The notes below the pieces were generated by a model. It was not told the origin of the DNA and did not search any database. It saw only the letters and a list, made by a program, of their open reading frames with translations. Positions 1 through 7,198 of a DNA stretch of 23,909 nucleotides are shown here, piece after piece. Position numbers and translations under genes: made by a program. The stretch covers positions 1-23,909 of the forward strand of contig DAOWGI010000047.1 in NCBI GenBank assembly GCA_030637655.1, in the 5' to 3' direction. The DNA comes from a candidate division FCPU426 bacterium (GTDB lineage Bacteria; Oederibacteriota; JAAXVQ01; JAUVAV01). Position 1 is the first letter of the stretch. Every line of letters begins with the position of its first letter.

Positions 1-338
1 AAACACCTAAGCGCTTTACGTAACCGTTGATCGGTCTTTATGTATTTTTCCGGCGCAACTCTGGCTCCGTGCTTTTGGGACCACTCAGTATCAGAGACGC
101 CTAAATATTTCAAGGTGTACAATTTGGAGGGCAAGCGTCTGAGCTTTTGGTTTAAATGGCAATAGGTTTTCAGAAACAATTGTTTGGCTGCCTGAGAGGA
201 GATGCCCTTCTGCGCAGCGAGAAAATCATACATGGATTGAGCATAATGTCGGTTCAACGCATTACTGCGATAAAGCGTGCCGTCCATATCAAAAATCAAG
301 GCACGCACCGGAAAAAACGGAGATTTTCTTTTGGTCAT
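1..338 (-). CDS. HAD-superfamily hydrolase (5' part; runs off the window), possibly nucleotidase-like
   Basis: Not in the ORF track. Manual translation from ATG at 338 (AAGGA upstream; alternative in-frame ATG at 347) gives MTKRKSPFFPVRALIFDMDGTLYRSNALN..., open to the window edge. FDMDGTLY is HAD motif I (DxDGT). Confidence 0.85.
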   Translation of the reverse strand, partial: MTKRKSPFFPVRALIFDMDGTLYRSNALNRHYAQSMYDFLAAQKGISSQAAKQLFLKTYCHLNQKLRRLPSKLYTLKYLGVSDTEWSQKHGARVAPEKYIKTDQRLRKALRC

Positions 339-359
339 TCTAGGCATCCTTAAAATACA

Positions 360-419
360 TAGGGGCGAAAACATGGTTTCGCCCCTACGGTCTGGCGGGC
401 GAGGTAACCTCGCCCCTAC
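360..419 (-). repeat. Two tandem GTAG-type REP-like hairpins
   Basis: GGGGCGAAAC-ATG-GTTTCGCCCCTAC (360-388) and GGGCGAGGT-A-ACCTCGCCCCTAC (~397-419); GTAG foot on the minus strand. Confidence 0.8.
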
Positions 420-499
420 GTATTTCTGGAATTAGATTTTCGCATTTCAATCTTCAGTGTTATCAGTGTGCATCAGTGGCTATTTTTCGATCCTATGTC

Positions 500-1027
500 T
501 TACATCGTTTCTATATATTTATCAATTCCCAATTGTTCCAGCTTGCCGGCTTTTTTATCGATCCCTTGTGCCAATTCCTGACGGAATTTGCGCAAGGTCT
601 CAGCAATGTGGTCATACTTACGAGCCAGTATCTGCGCGGCAAAAAGACCGGCATTGGTCGCGCCGGCCTTACCCACAGCCACAGCAGCCACTGGAATTCC
701 GGACGGCATCTGCACAATGGATAACAAGGAATCCTGTCCATTGAAATAAAGGGTTGGCATGGGAATACCAATCACCGGCACAATGGTCTCGGCAGCCACC
801 ACACCCGGCAGATGCGCGGCCCCTCCGGCTCCGGCAATGAAAACCTCTACGGAACGTTTTTCCATACTCTTGATCCACTCGCGCACACGAGCCGGCGAGC
901 GATGCGCAGAAGCAATGGTAAGGTCATAGCCCACACCAATGTACTCTAAAATATTCACTGTCTCCTGGATGGTCGGCAAATCCGAATCACTACCAATAAT
1001 AATTCCTACCAATGCTTTGTCTTTCAT
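500..1027 (-). CDS. purE: N5-carboxyaminoimidazole ribonucleotide mutase (class I PurE)
   Basis: GSDSD, SAHR, AGAGGAAHLPG, PVIGIP and SIVQMPSGIPV motifs; AGGAGGGG RBS upstream. Confidence 0.97.
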   Translation of the reverse strand: MKDKALVGIIIGSDSDLPTIQETVNILEYIGVGYDLTIASAHRSPARVREWIKSMEKRSVEVFIAGAGGAAHLPGVVAAETIVPVIGIPMPTLYFNGQDSLLSIVQMPSGIPVAAVAVGKAGATNAGLFAAQILARKYDHIAETLRKFRQELAQGIDKKAGKLEQLGIDKYIETM

Positions 1028-1078
1028 TGTCCCCTCCTAATTACTACAAATTCTAAATTCGAAATACAAAAACATTTC

Positions 1079-1194
1079 ACCACAGAGACGCAGAGAAAAA
1101 CACTATAAGATAGGTTGAAAGGCATTGCTAGAAAAACGCATTTTTTTATGCCTTTTATTCTTAATGTTTCTCTGCGTCTCTGTGCCTCTGTGGT
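1079..1194. repeat. Long inverted repeat with ~8-nt periodic arms
   Basis: CACAGAGACGCAGAGAAA (1081-1098) is the exact reverse complement of TTTCTCTGCGTCTCTGTG (1167-1184); an extra CTCTGTGGT unit follows; inner pairing AAAGGCAT/ATGCCTTT. Confidence 0.85.
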
Positions 1195-1202
1195 TAATGC
1201 TT

Positions 1203-2480
1203 TTATTTGAGTCGTGCCAATGCCAGCTTAGCGATATCCTTACGGTATTGTGCGCCGGCAAATGAGATCTTTTCCGCAGCTTGATAAACTTTATCTACCG
1301 CTGCTTTTAAATCCTTGGCTTTGGCAATCACACTGAGTATGCGTCCTCCGCTGGTTACGATCTGTCCATCTTTTTCCGCAGTCCCGGCATGCCAAACCAT
1401 GACATCCGGATCTTGCTCTGCTTCTGCAATCCCGGTAATGGGCAAATCTTTGGGATACGAACCCGGATAGCCTGGCGCTGCCATAACCACACAGACCACA
1501 GCTTCATCTGACCAGCGCACTAGCTCCGGAGTCAGATTCTCATGCAAGCAGGCTTGGGCCGCAGCTATCAGGTCTGAGGTCAACAACGGCAATACTACCT
1601 GGGTTTCGGGATCACCAAAACGGCAATTAAACTCAATTACTTTGGGTCCAAGCGCCGTGATCATTAAACCGGCATATAAAATTCCCCGGTAGGGTGTGCC
1701 TTCCTCCTGCATTCCCGACAAAGTCGGTTCTAAAATTTCTTTTTGAATCTTTTCTTTCAATTCCGGGGTCACAACCGGAGCCGGAGCGTACGCTCCCATA
1801 CCGCCGGTGTTCGGACCTTGATCATTATCAAAAATACGCTTGTGATCCTGAGACCCCACCAAAGGAATAATTGTCTTACCATCTGCAAAGGCCAGAATAC
1901 TGGCTTCCTCTCCTGATAAATATTCCTCAATTACCACACAGTCTCCGGCCTCGCCAAATACTTTATCCACCATAGCCTTCTGGATAGCTTTGTCCGCTTC
2001 TTCGCGTGTCATGGCCACAGTCACACCTTTGCCGGCAGCCAGACCATCTGCCTTGATCACAACCGGGATGCCAAACTCATCCAAGGCTTTGCTTGCTTCT
2101 AGGCTGTGCCGACAGACTGCATACTTGGCAGTAGGAATCCGGTACTTGGTCATAAATTCCTTGGCAAATGTCTTGCTGCCTTCTAAACGCGCGGCTGCAG
2201 CCGTTGGTCCAAAAGCGGCAATTCCTTCTGCCTGCAAGCGATCGGTCAGGCCTAAAGTCAGAGGTATTTCCGGACCAATCAGAACTATTTTGGGTCTCTC
2301 TTTTTTAGCCAGATTGACCAATCCTTCAATATCTTCAGCCGCGACTGGCAAACAGCGCGCGATCTGCGCAATACCGGCATTTCCCGGAGCAGCGATCACC
2401 TCACTCACGCCAACGCTCTGCTTGGCTGCCCAGACCAAACCGTATTCACGACCACCACCACCAACGACCATTATTTTCAC
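1203..2480 (-). CDS. purD: Phosphoribosylamine-glycine ligase (GAR synthetase)
   Basis: GGGGRE, PGNAG, KADGLAAGKGV, QDHKR, GPNTGGMGAY, EFNCRFGDPETQ. Start reassigned to GTG at 2480 (GGAGG RBS; GTGA overlap with the PilZ stop). Confidence 0.97.
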   Translation of the reverse strand: MKIMVVGGGGREYGLVWAAKQSVGVSEVIAAPGNAGIAQIARCLPVAAEDIEGLVNLAKKERPKIVLIGPEIPLTLGLTDRLQAEGIAAFGPTAAAARLEGSKTFAKEFMTKYRIPTAKYAVCRHSLEASKALDEFGIPVVIKADGLAAGKGVTVAMTREEADKAIQKAMVDKVFGEAGDCVVIEEYLSGEEASILAFADGKTIIPLVGSQDHKRIFDNDQGPNTGGMGAYAPAPVVTPELKEKIQKEILEPTLSGMQEEGTPYRGILYAGLMITALGPKVIEFNCRFGDPETQVVLPLLTSDLIAAAQACLHENLTPELVRWSDEAVVCVVMAAPGYPGSYPKDLPITGIAEAEQDPDVMVWHAGTAEKDGQIVTSGGRILSVIAKAKDLKAAVDKVYQAAEKISFAGAQYRKDIAKLALARLK

Positions 2481-2827
2481 GCGGATGCCTCCTGCCCCTC
2501 TTTCCAAATCACAAATTCACGTATTTTATGCTGTTCCTCTTCCGTCAAAGCAACAAACTCAACAGCCACTACTTTATGAGTTCGTTGGGATAAGCGCCGA
2601 ACCACGCGAGCAGTTATATTTTTCAATTCATGCCCGCCCTCCAAATGGAAGCTTATATGGATTTGCTGATTCACAGCAAAAACAATGGAAGATTCCAACC
2701 GGCAACCGGAAGCGGATAATTCACGGATCGAACCCTTGACTTTTTGCGAACTCGGCGGATCCAGTTCCAAATCCTCGACCACCATATCTGCCTTAATGCG
2801 ATATTCCAAACGGCGGTTATCTTCCAT
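2477..2827 (-). CDS. Single-domain PilZ protein (putative c-di-GMP receptor)
   Basis: RRLEYR (RxxxR), ELSASG (D/NxSxxG variant), ARVVR, AVEF and a C-terminal helix, ~116 aa. ATG at 2827 follows GAGGTG; alternative GTG at 2836. Confidence 0.85.
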   Translation of the reverse strand: MEDNRRLEYRIKADMVVEDLELDPPSSQKVKGSIRELSASGCRLESSIVFAVNQQIHISFHLEGGHELKNITARVVRRLSQRTHKVVAVEFVALTEEEQHKIREFVIWKEGQEASA

Positions 2828-2838
2828 TGTATTCACCT

Positions 2839-4422
2839 CTAGTGTTTAAAATGCCGCATGCCGGTAAAAACCATGGTAATCTTATGTTCATTGGCCGCAG
2901 CAATGACCTCTTCATCTTTGACCGAACCACCCGGTTGGATCACAGCACACACACCGGCAATGGCAGCTGCATCAATACCATCCCTAAACGGGAAGAATGC
3001 GTCTGAGGCCATCACCGCGCCGCGAGCCTTATCCCCAGCCATATGTATGGCAATCTCTGCCGCTCCCACACGGTTGGTCTGTCCGGGGCCCACACCTACA
3101 GTCACCCCATTTTGGGCCAGGAGAATGGCATTGGATTTCACATGCTTACAGACGCGCCAACTGAAAATCAAGTCCCGCAATTCTTCCTCAGTAGGTTTTC
3201 TGGCAGTCACAATCTTTAGTCCGTCAGTTGTCACATTTCCCAAATCACGATCCTGCAGGAGCAACCCGCCCAACACTCGCTTGAAATCCATGTTGCGCCA
3301 GGATTGTTTACTTAACTGAGGTTGTGTGATCCGGCCGGTTTCCAGCAAACGAATGTTCTTTTTGGCCTGCAACAGTTCCAAAGCTTCTTCTGTAAAACCC
3401 GGAGCAATCACACACTCCAAAAAAATATCTTTCATCTTCTCTGCAATCGCTTTGGTACAAGGACGGTTCAAGCCCACAATGCCACCAAACGCTGAAACCG
3501 TATCCGCCTCAAAAGCCTTGATATATGCCTCTGTAATATCCTTGCCAATAGCCATGCCGCAAGGATTGGTGTGCTTGATCACGCACGCTGCCGGTTCAGC
3601 AAAATCCTTGACCGGTTCCAAGGCCGCGTGAATGTCCACTATGTTGTTAAAGGAAAGTTCTTTGCCATGCAATTGTTTGGCACCGGTGACCGAGGCTTCC
3701 CTGGTCTTGTCTGTTGCCTGAGCTTGACGATAAAAGGCGGCTTTTTGGTGGGGATTTTCACCATAGCGCAGCGCTTGTTGCTTGTGAAAGGTATAGCGGA
3801 TGGTCTTAGGAAATTCCGAAGTATCATCCAACAGATTGTCCTGCAAATAACAGTGAATACCCATGTCGTATTCTGCTGTGTGATCAAAGGCTTCCACTGC
3901 CAAAGCTTTGAGCGTTGCATCCCTGATTTGGCCGTCATTTTTTTCCATCTCTGCCAGCAGATCCGCATAGCGACCGGGGTTTACAACTACTGCCACGCTC
4001 CGGAAATTCTTAGACGCAGAGCGAATCATGGAAGGTCCGCCAATATCAATATTTTCAATGGCTTCTTCGAGTTTCACATCCGGCTTTGCCACGGTCTTGG
4101 CAAAGGGATAGAGGTTCACCACCACCATATCAATAGGCTCGATATTCTGCTCACTCAATTGTTTCATATGATCCGAATTGTCGCGGAGAGCCAGCAAGCC
4201 GCCATGAATTTTCGGATGCAGGGTTTTTACACGACCGTTCATCATTTCTGGAAAACCAGTGACCTCAGATACATCTTTGACTTCCAGACCCGCTTCTTTC
4301 AAAACCTTGGATGTGCCGCCAGTGGACAGTATCTCCACACCGTATTTGGCCAATCCTTTTCCCAAATCAGCAATGCCGGTTTTATCCGAAACACTGATTA
4401 AGGCTCTTTTAATTTTAACCAT
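2839..4422 (-). CDS. purH: Bifunctional AICAR transformylase/IMP cyclohydrolase
   Basis: RALISVSDK, GRVKTLHP, IDIGGPSM, LRYGENPHQ, ASDAFFPF, ends MRHFKH. Start set at ATG 4422 after AGGAGG. Confidence 0.98.
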   Translation of the reverse strand: MVKIKRALISVSDKTGIADLGKGLAKYGVEILSTGGTSKVLKEAGLEVKDVSEVTGFPEMMNGRVKTLHPKIHGGLLALRDNSDHMKQLSEQNIEPIDMVVVNLYPFAKTVAKPDVKLEEAIENIDIGGPSMIRSASKNFRSVAVVVNPGRYADLLAEMEKNDGQIRDATLKALAVEAFDHTAEYDMGIHCYLQDNLLDDTSEFPKTIRYTFHKQQALRYGENPHQKAAFYRQAQATDKTREASVTGAKQLHGKELSFNNIVDIHAALEPVKDFAEPAACVIKHTNPCGMAIGKDITEAYIKAFEADTVSAFGGIVGLNRPCTKAIAEKMKDIFLECVIAPGFTEEALELLQAKKNIRLLETGRITQPQLSKQSWRNMDFKRVLGGLLLQDRDLGNVTTDGLKIVTARKPTEEELRDLIFSWRVCKHVKSNAILLAQNGVTVGVGPGQTNRVGAAEIAIHMAGDKARGAVMASDAFFPFRDGIDAAAIAGVCAVIQPGGSVKDEEVIAAANEHKITMVFTGMRHFKH

Positions 4423-4453
4423 TATATTCCTCCTGAAAATATCCAACTATTGT

Positions 4454-4481
4454 GGTGGGCGGGTTTAGAACCCGCCCCTAC
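4454..4481 (-). repeat. GTAG-type REP-like hairpin
   Basis: Minus strand GTAGGGGCGGGTT-CTA-AACCCGCCCACC, 1 nt after the purN stop. Confidence 0.8.
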
Positions 4482-4482
4482 A

Positions 4483-5115
4483 TTATGCTTTTTCCAGAAT
4501 CGCTACTCGATTTCCCTTTACCTGCAAACACTCATCGCAAAACAAATCTACCGCACGTGGATAGAGCCGGTGTTCTTCAATGAGAATGCGTTCTGCCAGA
4601 CTCTCAGCAGTATCATGGTCCAAAACCGGAACCACAACTTGTAGAATAATCGGTCCTGTATCCGTTCCTGCATCCACAAAATGCACCGTACAGCCTGAAT
4701 ACTTGGCACCGGAAGCAATCACTGCCTCATGCACATGAAGTCCGTACATGCCTTCTCCACCAAAACCCGGCAACAAGGCCGGATGAATATTCATTATTTT
4801 CAGGGGAAATTTATTCACCAGAGCCGGAGTCAGAATCCGTATATAACCGGCCAGGCAGATCAAATCGATTTTTTCTGCCATAAAGCGCTTAGCCAACTCA
4901 GCATCATAGGCCTCCGGTTTCGAGTATTGCTTGGGATCCAAAAAGAGAGTGGACACTTCCAGAGTTTTAGCCCGTTCCAAGGCTTTGGCCTCCTTTTTAT
5001 TACTCATTACTAAGGTTATTTCCGCGTTACTGAACTGTCCGCTCTTCCAAGCATCCAACAATGCCTGCAAATTGGTGCCGCCGCCAGAAGCCATAACCGC
5101 TATCCGAGTTTTCAT
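4483..5115 (-). CDS. purN: Phosphoribosylglycinamide formyltransferase
   Basis: ASGGGTNLQAL, LAGYIRIL, NIHPALLP, GCTVHFV, DTGPII, EHRLYP. Confidence 0.97.
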   Translation of the reverse strand: MKTRIAVMASGGGTNLQALLDAWKSGQFSNAEITLVMSNKKEAKALERAKTLEVSTLFLDPKQYSKPEAYDAELAKRFMAEKIDLICLAGYIRILTPALVNKFPLKIMNIHPALLPGFGGEGMYGLHVHEAVIASGAKYSGCTVHFVDAGTDTGPIILQVVVPVLDHDTAESLAERILIEEHRLYPRAVDLFCDECLQVKGNRVAILEKA

Positions 5116-5181
5116 AGAAAACCTCTCATTTGGAATTTTTGCATATAGGATATGACTATACCCTTTGAAAGCAGAAAATTA

Positions 5182-5210
5182 ATAATCTTAAGAAAACCGG
5201 GTATTGTCAA
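5182..5210 (-). promoter_or_regulatory. Putative sigma70 promoter for purN-purH-pilZ-purD-purE
   Basis: Minus strand TTGACA (5210-5205), N17, GATTAT (5187-5182). Confidence 0.55.
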
Positions 5211-5260
5211 GCCTAAAATCAATGGCTGACACATCTAATTCAAACGGATAAATAATAATT

Positions 5261-5417
5261 GTAAGGGCGAGGTACCCTCGCCCACCAAAAGCACGATCCG
5301 CTAAGAACTCAAAGGAACACAGAGAAATAATGGTGGCTGGCACCAGCCCTATAAAATATATATAAATTGTAGGGGCGGTTCACTTGTGCCCGTAGTTTGG
5401 GTATTAACCGCCCCTAC
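5261..5417. repeat. Cluster of REP-like hairpins
   Basis: GTAAGGGCGAGG-TAC-CCTCGCCCACC (5261-5286), a GGCTGG/CCAGCC unit (~5332-5352) and GTAGGGGCGGTT...AACCGCCCCTAC (5369-5417). Confidence 0.75.
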
Positions 5418-5427
5418 TTGTTTTTGT

Positions 5428-5594
5428 TGCAGAATCTGATTTCCATACTTAGCAATGCAGGTATGGAACTGATTCCATAATACACTTATTAAGTAAGGAT
5501 ATTTTTCTATGTGGTTCGATGAGTCCCAGAGTATATATTTTGCGAACTGTTTTATGGAATGTATTTCCCATAAATTTTGTCACTTGTAATGACA
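5428..5594. promoter_or_regulatory. Palindromic upstream sites (candidate enhancer-binding-protein sites)
   Basis: TATGGAA-CTGA-TTCCATA (5462-5479), related TTTATGGAA...TCCCATAAA (5551-5574) and GCAGAA...TTCCATA (~5429-5447), plus TGTCA-N7-TGACA (5578-5594). Confidence 0.5.
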
Positions 5595-5662
5595 TTATTT
5601 TTTTCTTCCGTTTTCTTTTTATTTAATAACCGTTTTTTTGTTTCGTGCTTTCCTGTAAAAGT

Positions 5663-5678
5663 TGGTACGAATTATGCT
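5663..5678 (+). promoter_or_regulatory. Sigma54 (-24/-12) promoter
   Basis: TGGTACGAATTATGCT has GG(5664-65)-N10-GC(5676-77), close to the TGGCACG-N4-TTGCW consensus; AT-rich spacer upstream. Confidence 0.7.
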
Positions 5679-5720
5679 TTATTAGTGATCAGGAGTTAAC
5701 TCCAAACTACTTTTTGCGCT

Positions 5721-5811
5721 TTGAGCGTGCGGGTTGAAAACGGGACTCACTCCACCCCCCCGGCATGAGGCTCTTCTTTCGGATAACTCCGAAAGCGACC
5801 CGCACTCTCAA
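5721..5811 (+). ncRNA. Structured leader RNA candidate (three-way junction)
   Basis: Outer stem TTGAG-C-GTGCGGGTTG / CGACCCGCAC-T-CTCAA enclosing GGGACTCA..TGAGGCTC (C-rich loop) and CTTTCGGA-TAAC-TCCGAAAG. Confidence 0.5.
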
Positions 5812-5837
5812 TTTAGACCTTAATGGAGGATCACTAA

Positions 5838-6023
5838 ATGAAACGGAAAGTAATCAGTAAAGGATTTTTAGTAGGAGTTTTAATTGTAGCTTTGGGGACG
5901 CTTTCAATGGGATGCGGGTCACGAACCTGGTCACCAACAGATCCCAGGATAAATGAACCGGATCCTGCAAATATAAATATTCTCGACCGCTGGGAAGCAA
6001 CCATAGAAACCGACATCCAGTAG
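5838..6023 (+). CDS. Small putative lipoprotein (61 aa)
   Basis: GGAGG RBS 8 nt upstream; basic n-region MKRK, hydrophobic h-region, lipobox-like LSMG-C. Confidence 0.7.
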   Translation: MKRKVISKGFLVGVLIVALGTLSMGCGSRTWSPTDPRINEPDPANINILDRWEATIETDIQ

Positions 6024-6075
6024 TTACTACAAAACCCCGCCTCCGCTGCCAGCCGCGGAGTTTCCAGTGATATTA

Positions 6076-6149
6076 TCTCCGGGACCCTATTTCTCCGACA
6101 CGAAGCGACTCCTCCCACACCACCCTGGGTCCCGGAGAATTTTGTTTTT
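6076..6149 (+). terminator. 12-bp stem with a large C-rich loop, followed by a U-rich tract
   Basis: TCTCCGGGACCC (6076-6087) / GGGTCCCGGAGA (6127-6138), then ATTTTGTTTTT. The 39-nt loop is atypical for a simple terminator. Confidence 0.45.
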
Positions 6150-6294
6150 ACTCCCTCAGGCCGGGGATAGAGTAACCACAAATTTTAATTGGCTGGTGTA
6201 TTTAATTTTTTAGCTGCTCAACCGAGAATACTGATGTTCTGAGTAAGTAAGACTTTCACCTCATACTGTGATCCGTTTGGAGGTTCTAAAAACC

Positions 6295-6765
6295 ATGCCC
6301 AACTCTGCTTCCACCGCTTACCTGACAACATTACGCAAGACCAGATCCTCCAAACGGATATTAATTGTGGATGATGAAAAAGATATTGTCAACCTGATTA
6401 AATACCAGCTAAAAGCTGAAGGCTATCAGGTGGTTACTGCTTTTGACGGTTTAGAGGCATTGGAAAAAGTAGCGGAAGAGAAACCGGATTTGGTGATCCT
6501 GGATATTATGATGCCCAAGGTGGATGGCTGGGTGGTCTGTCATAGTGTGAAGGGCAATATTTCAACCCGCAATACCCGCGTTATTATTCTCACTGCCAAA
6601 TCCCAATTCATGGCCAAAATCAAAGGTCTATACATCATGCAAGCGGATATTTATATGTCAAAACCCTTTGAGAACACAGAACTTTTGTCCAATACCGACC
6701 GCTTGCTAAATATTGAGGAAGAAGCTAACTCCGCTCTTCCGGCAGTGCAGCCGACAACCTCCTAA
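6295..6765 (+). CDS. Single-domain response regulator (receiver)
   Basis: ILIVDDE, LVILDIMMP (phospho-Asp), ILTA, SKPF; no output domain. ATG 6295 follows GGAGG; alternative GTG at 6268. Confidence 0.92.
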   Translation: MPNSASTAYLTTLRKTRSSKRILIVDDEKDIVNLIKYQLKAEGYQVVTAFDGLEALEKVAEEKPDLVILDIMMPKVDGWVVCHSVKGNISTRNTRVIILTAKSQFMAKIKGLYIMQADIYMSKPFENTELLSNTDRLLNIEEEANSALPAVQPTTS

Positions 6766-6929
6766 CCCGGACAAGCCGGAACCAAAGATATTTGACAGGA
6801 TAACAGGATTGACAGGATTTATTTAAAATCCCGTATATTCTGTTAATCCCGTCAAAAGAAATTCTTTGCGCTCTTTACGGCGAATAATTTTCTGCCATAA
6901 AAACACGAATTTGAGAATTAAGATACTAA
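6762..6929 (-). mobile_element. Gene-less TTAG-bounded element, copy 1
   Basis: Both ends homologous to 13926-14089; CTAA at both boundaries; internal GACAGGAT/ATCCCGTC periodic inverted repeat. Confidence 0.6.
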
Positions 6930-6936
6930 GCCGCCT

Positions 6937-7164
6937 CTAAAAATCCAGCACACCCAAAAAATTTAATAATCCGACAATGGTAAAAATCATGCCGGTCAGC
7001 ATTAAATAGGTCTGCACACCTTTCAGTAAACGATCGTTGCCTTCTTTCTTGGTTAGCCAACAATGCAAACGCAGATAAAATTTGGATAATATTTCCCGGC
7101 CCAGACTAAAAAAGGCTCCCATAACAATCAAACCCAATGCCACAGAGTTCATTTCCTGATTCAT
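6937..7164 (-). CDS. Small two-TM membrane protein
   Basis: AAGGAGG RBS upstream; two hydrophobic segments; directly downstream of the helicase gene. Confidence 0.75.
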   Translation of the reverse strand: MNQEMNSVALGLIVMGAFFSLGREILSKFYLRLHCWLTKKEGNDRLLKGVQTYLMLTGMIFTIVGLLNFLGVLDF

Positions 7165-7198
7165 ACTTGCATTCCTCCTTAAAAGACACTGTTTGAGA

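Noticed and set aside
1047-1070. Heptamer-like run AAATTCT-AAATTCG-AAATACA
   Set aside because: Only about three degenerate units in AT-rich DNA and no clear partner arm.
1990-4401. Long plus-strand ORFs (249, 153 and 276 aa) and similar ones opposite purF, purB and the GT-C gene
   Set aside because: Antisense shadows of well-supported genes.
6021-6170. Amber read-through or recoding: the frame stays open about 48 codons after the lipoprotein TAG
   Set aside because: purH, purF and purM end at TAG at their expected C-termini, so TAG is a stop here. The extension is better explained by GC-rich hairpins.
5834-6181. 115-aa minus-strand ORF
   Set aside because: Antisense to the lipoprotein gene, which has an RBS and signal peptide; no recognisable motif.
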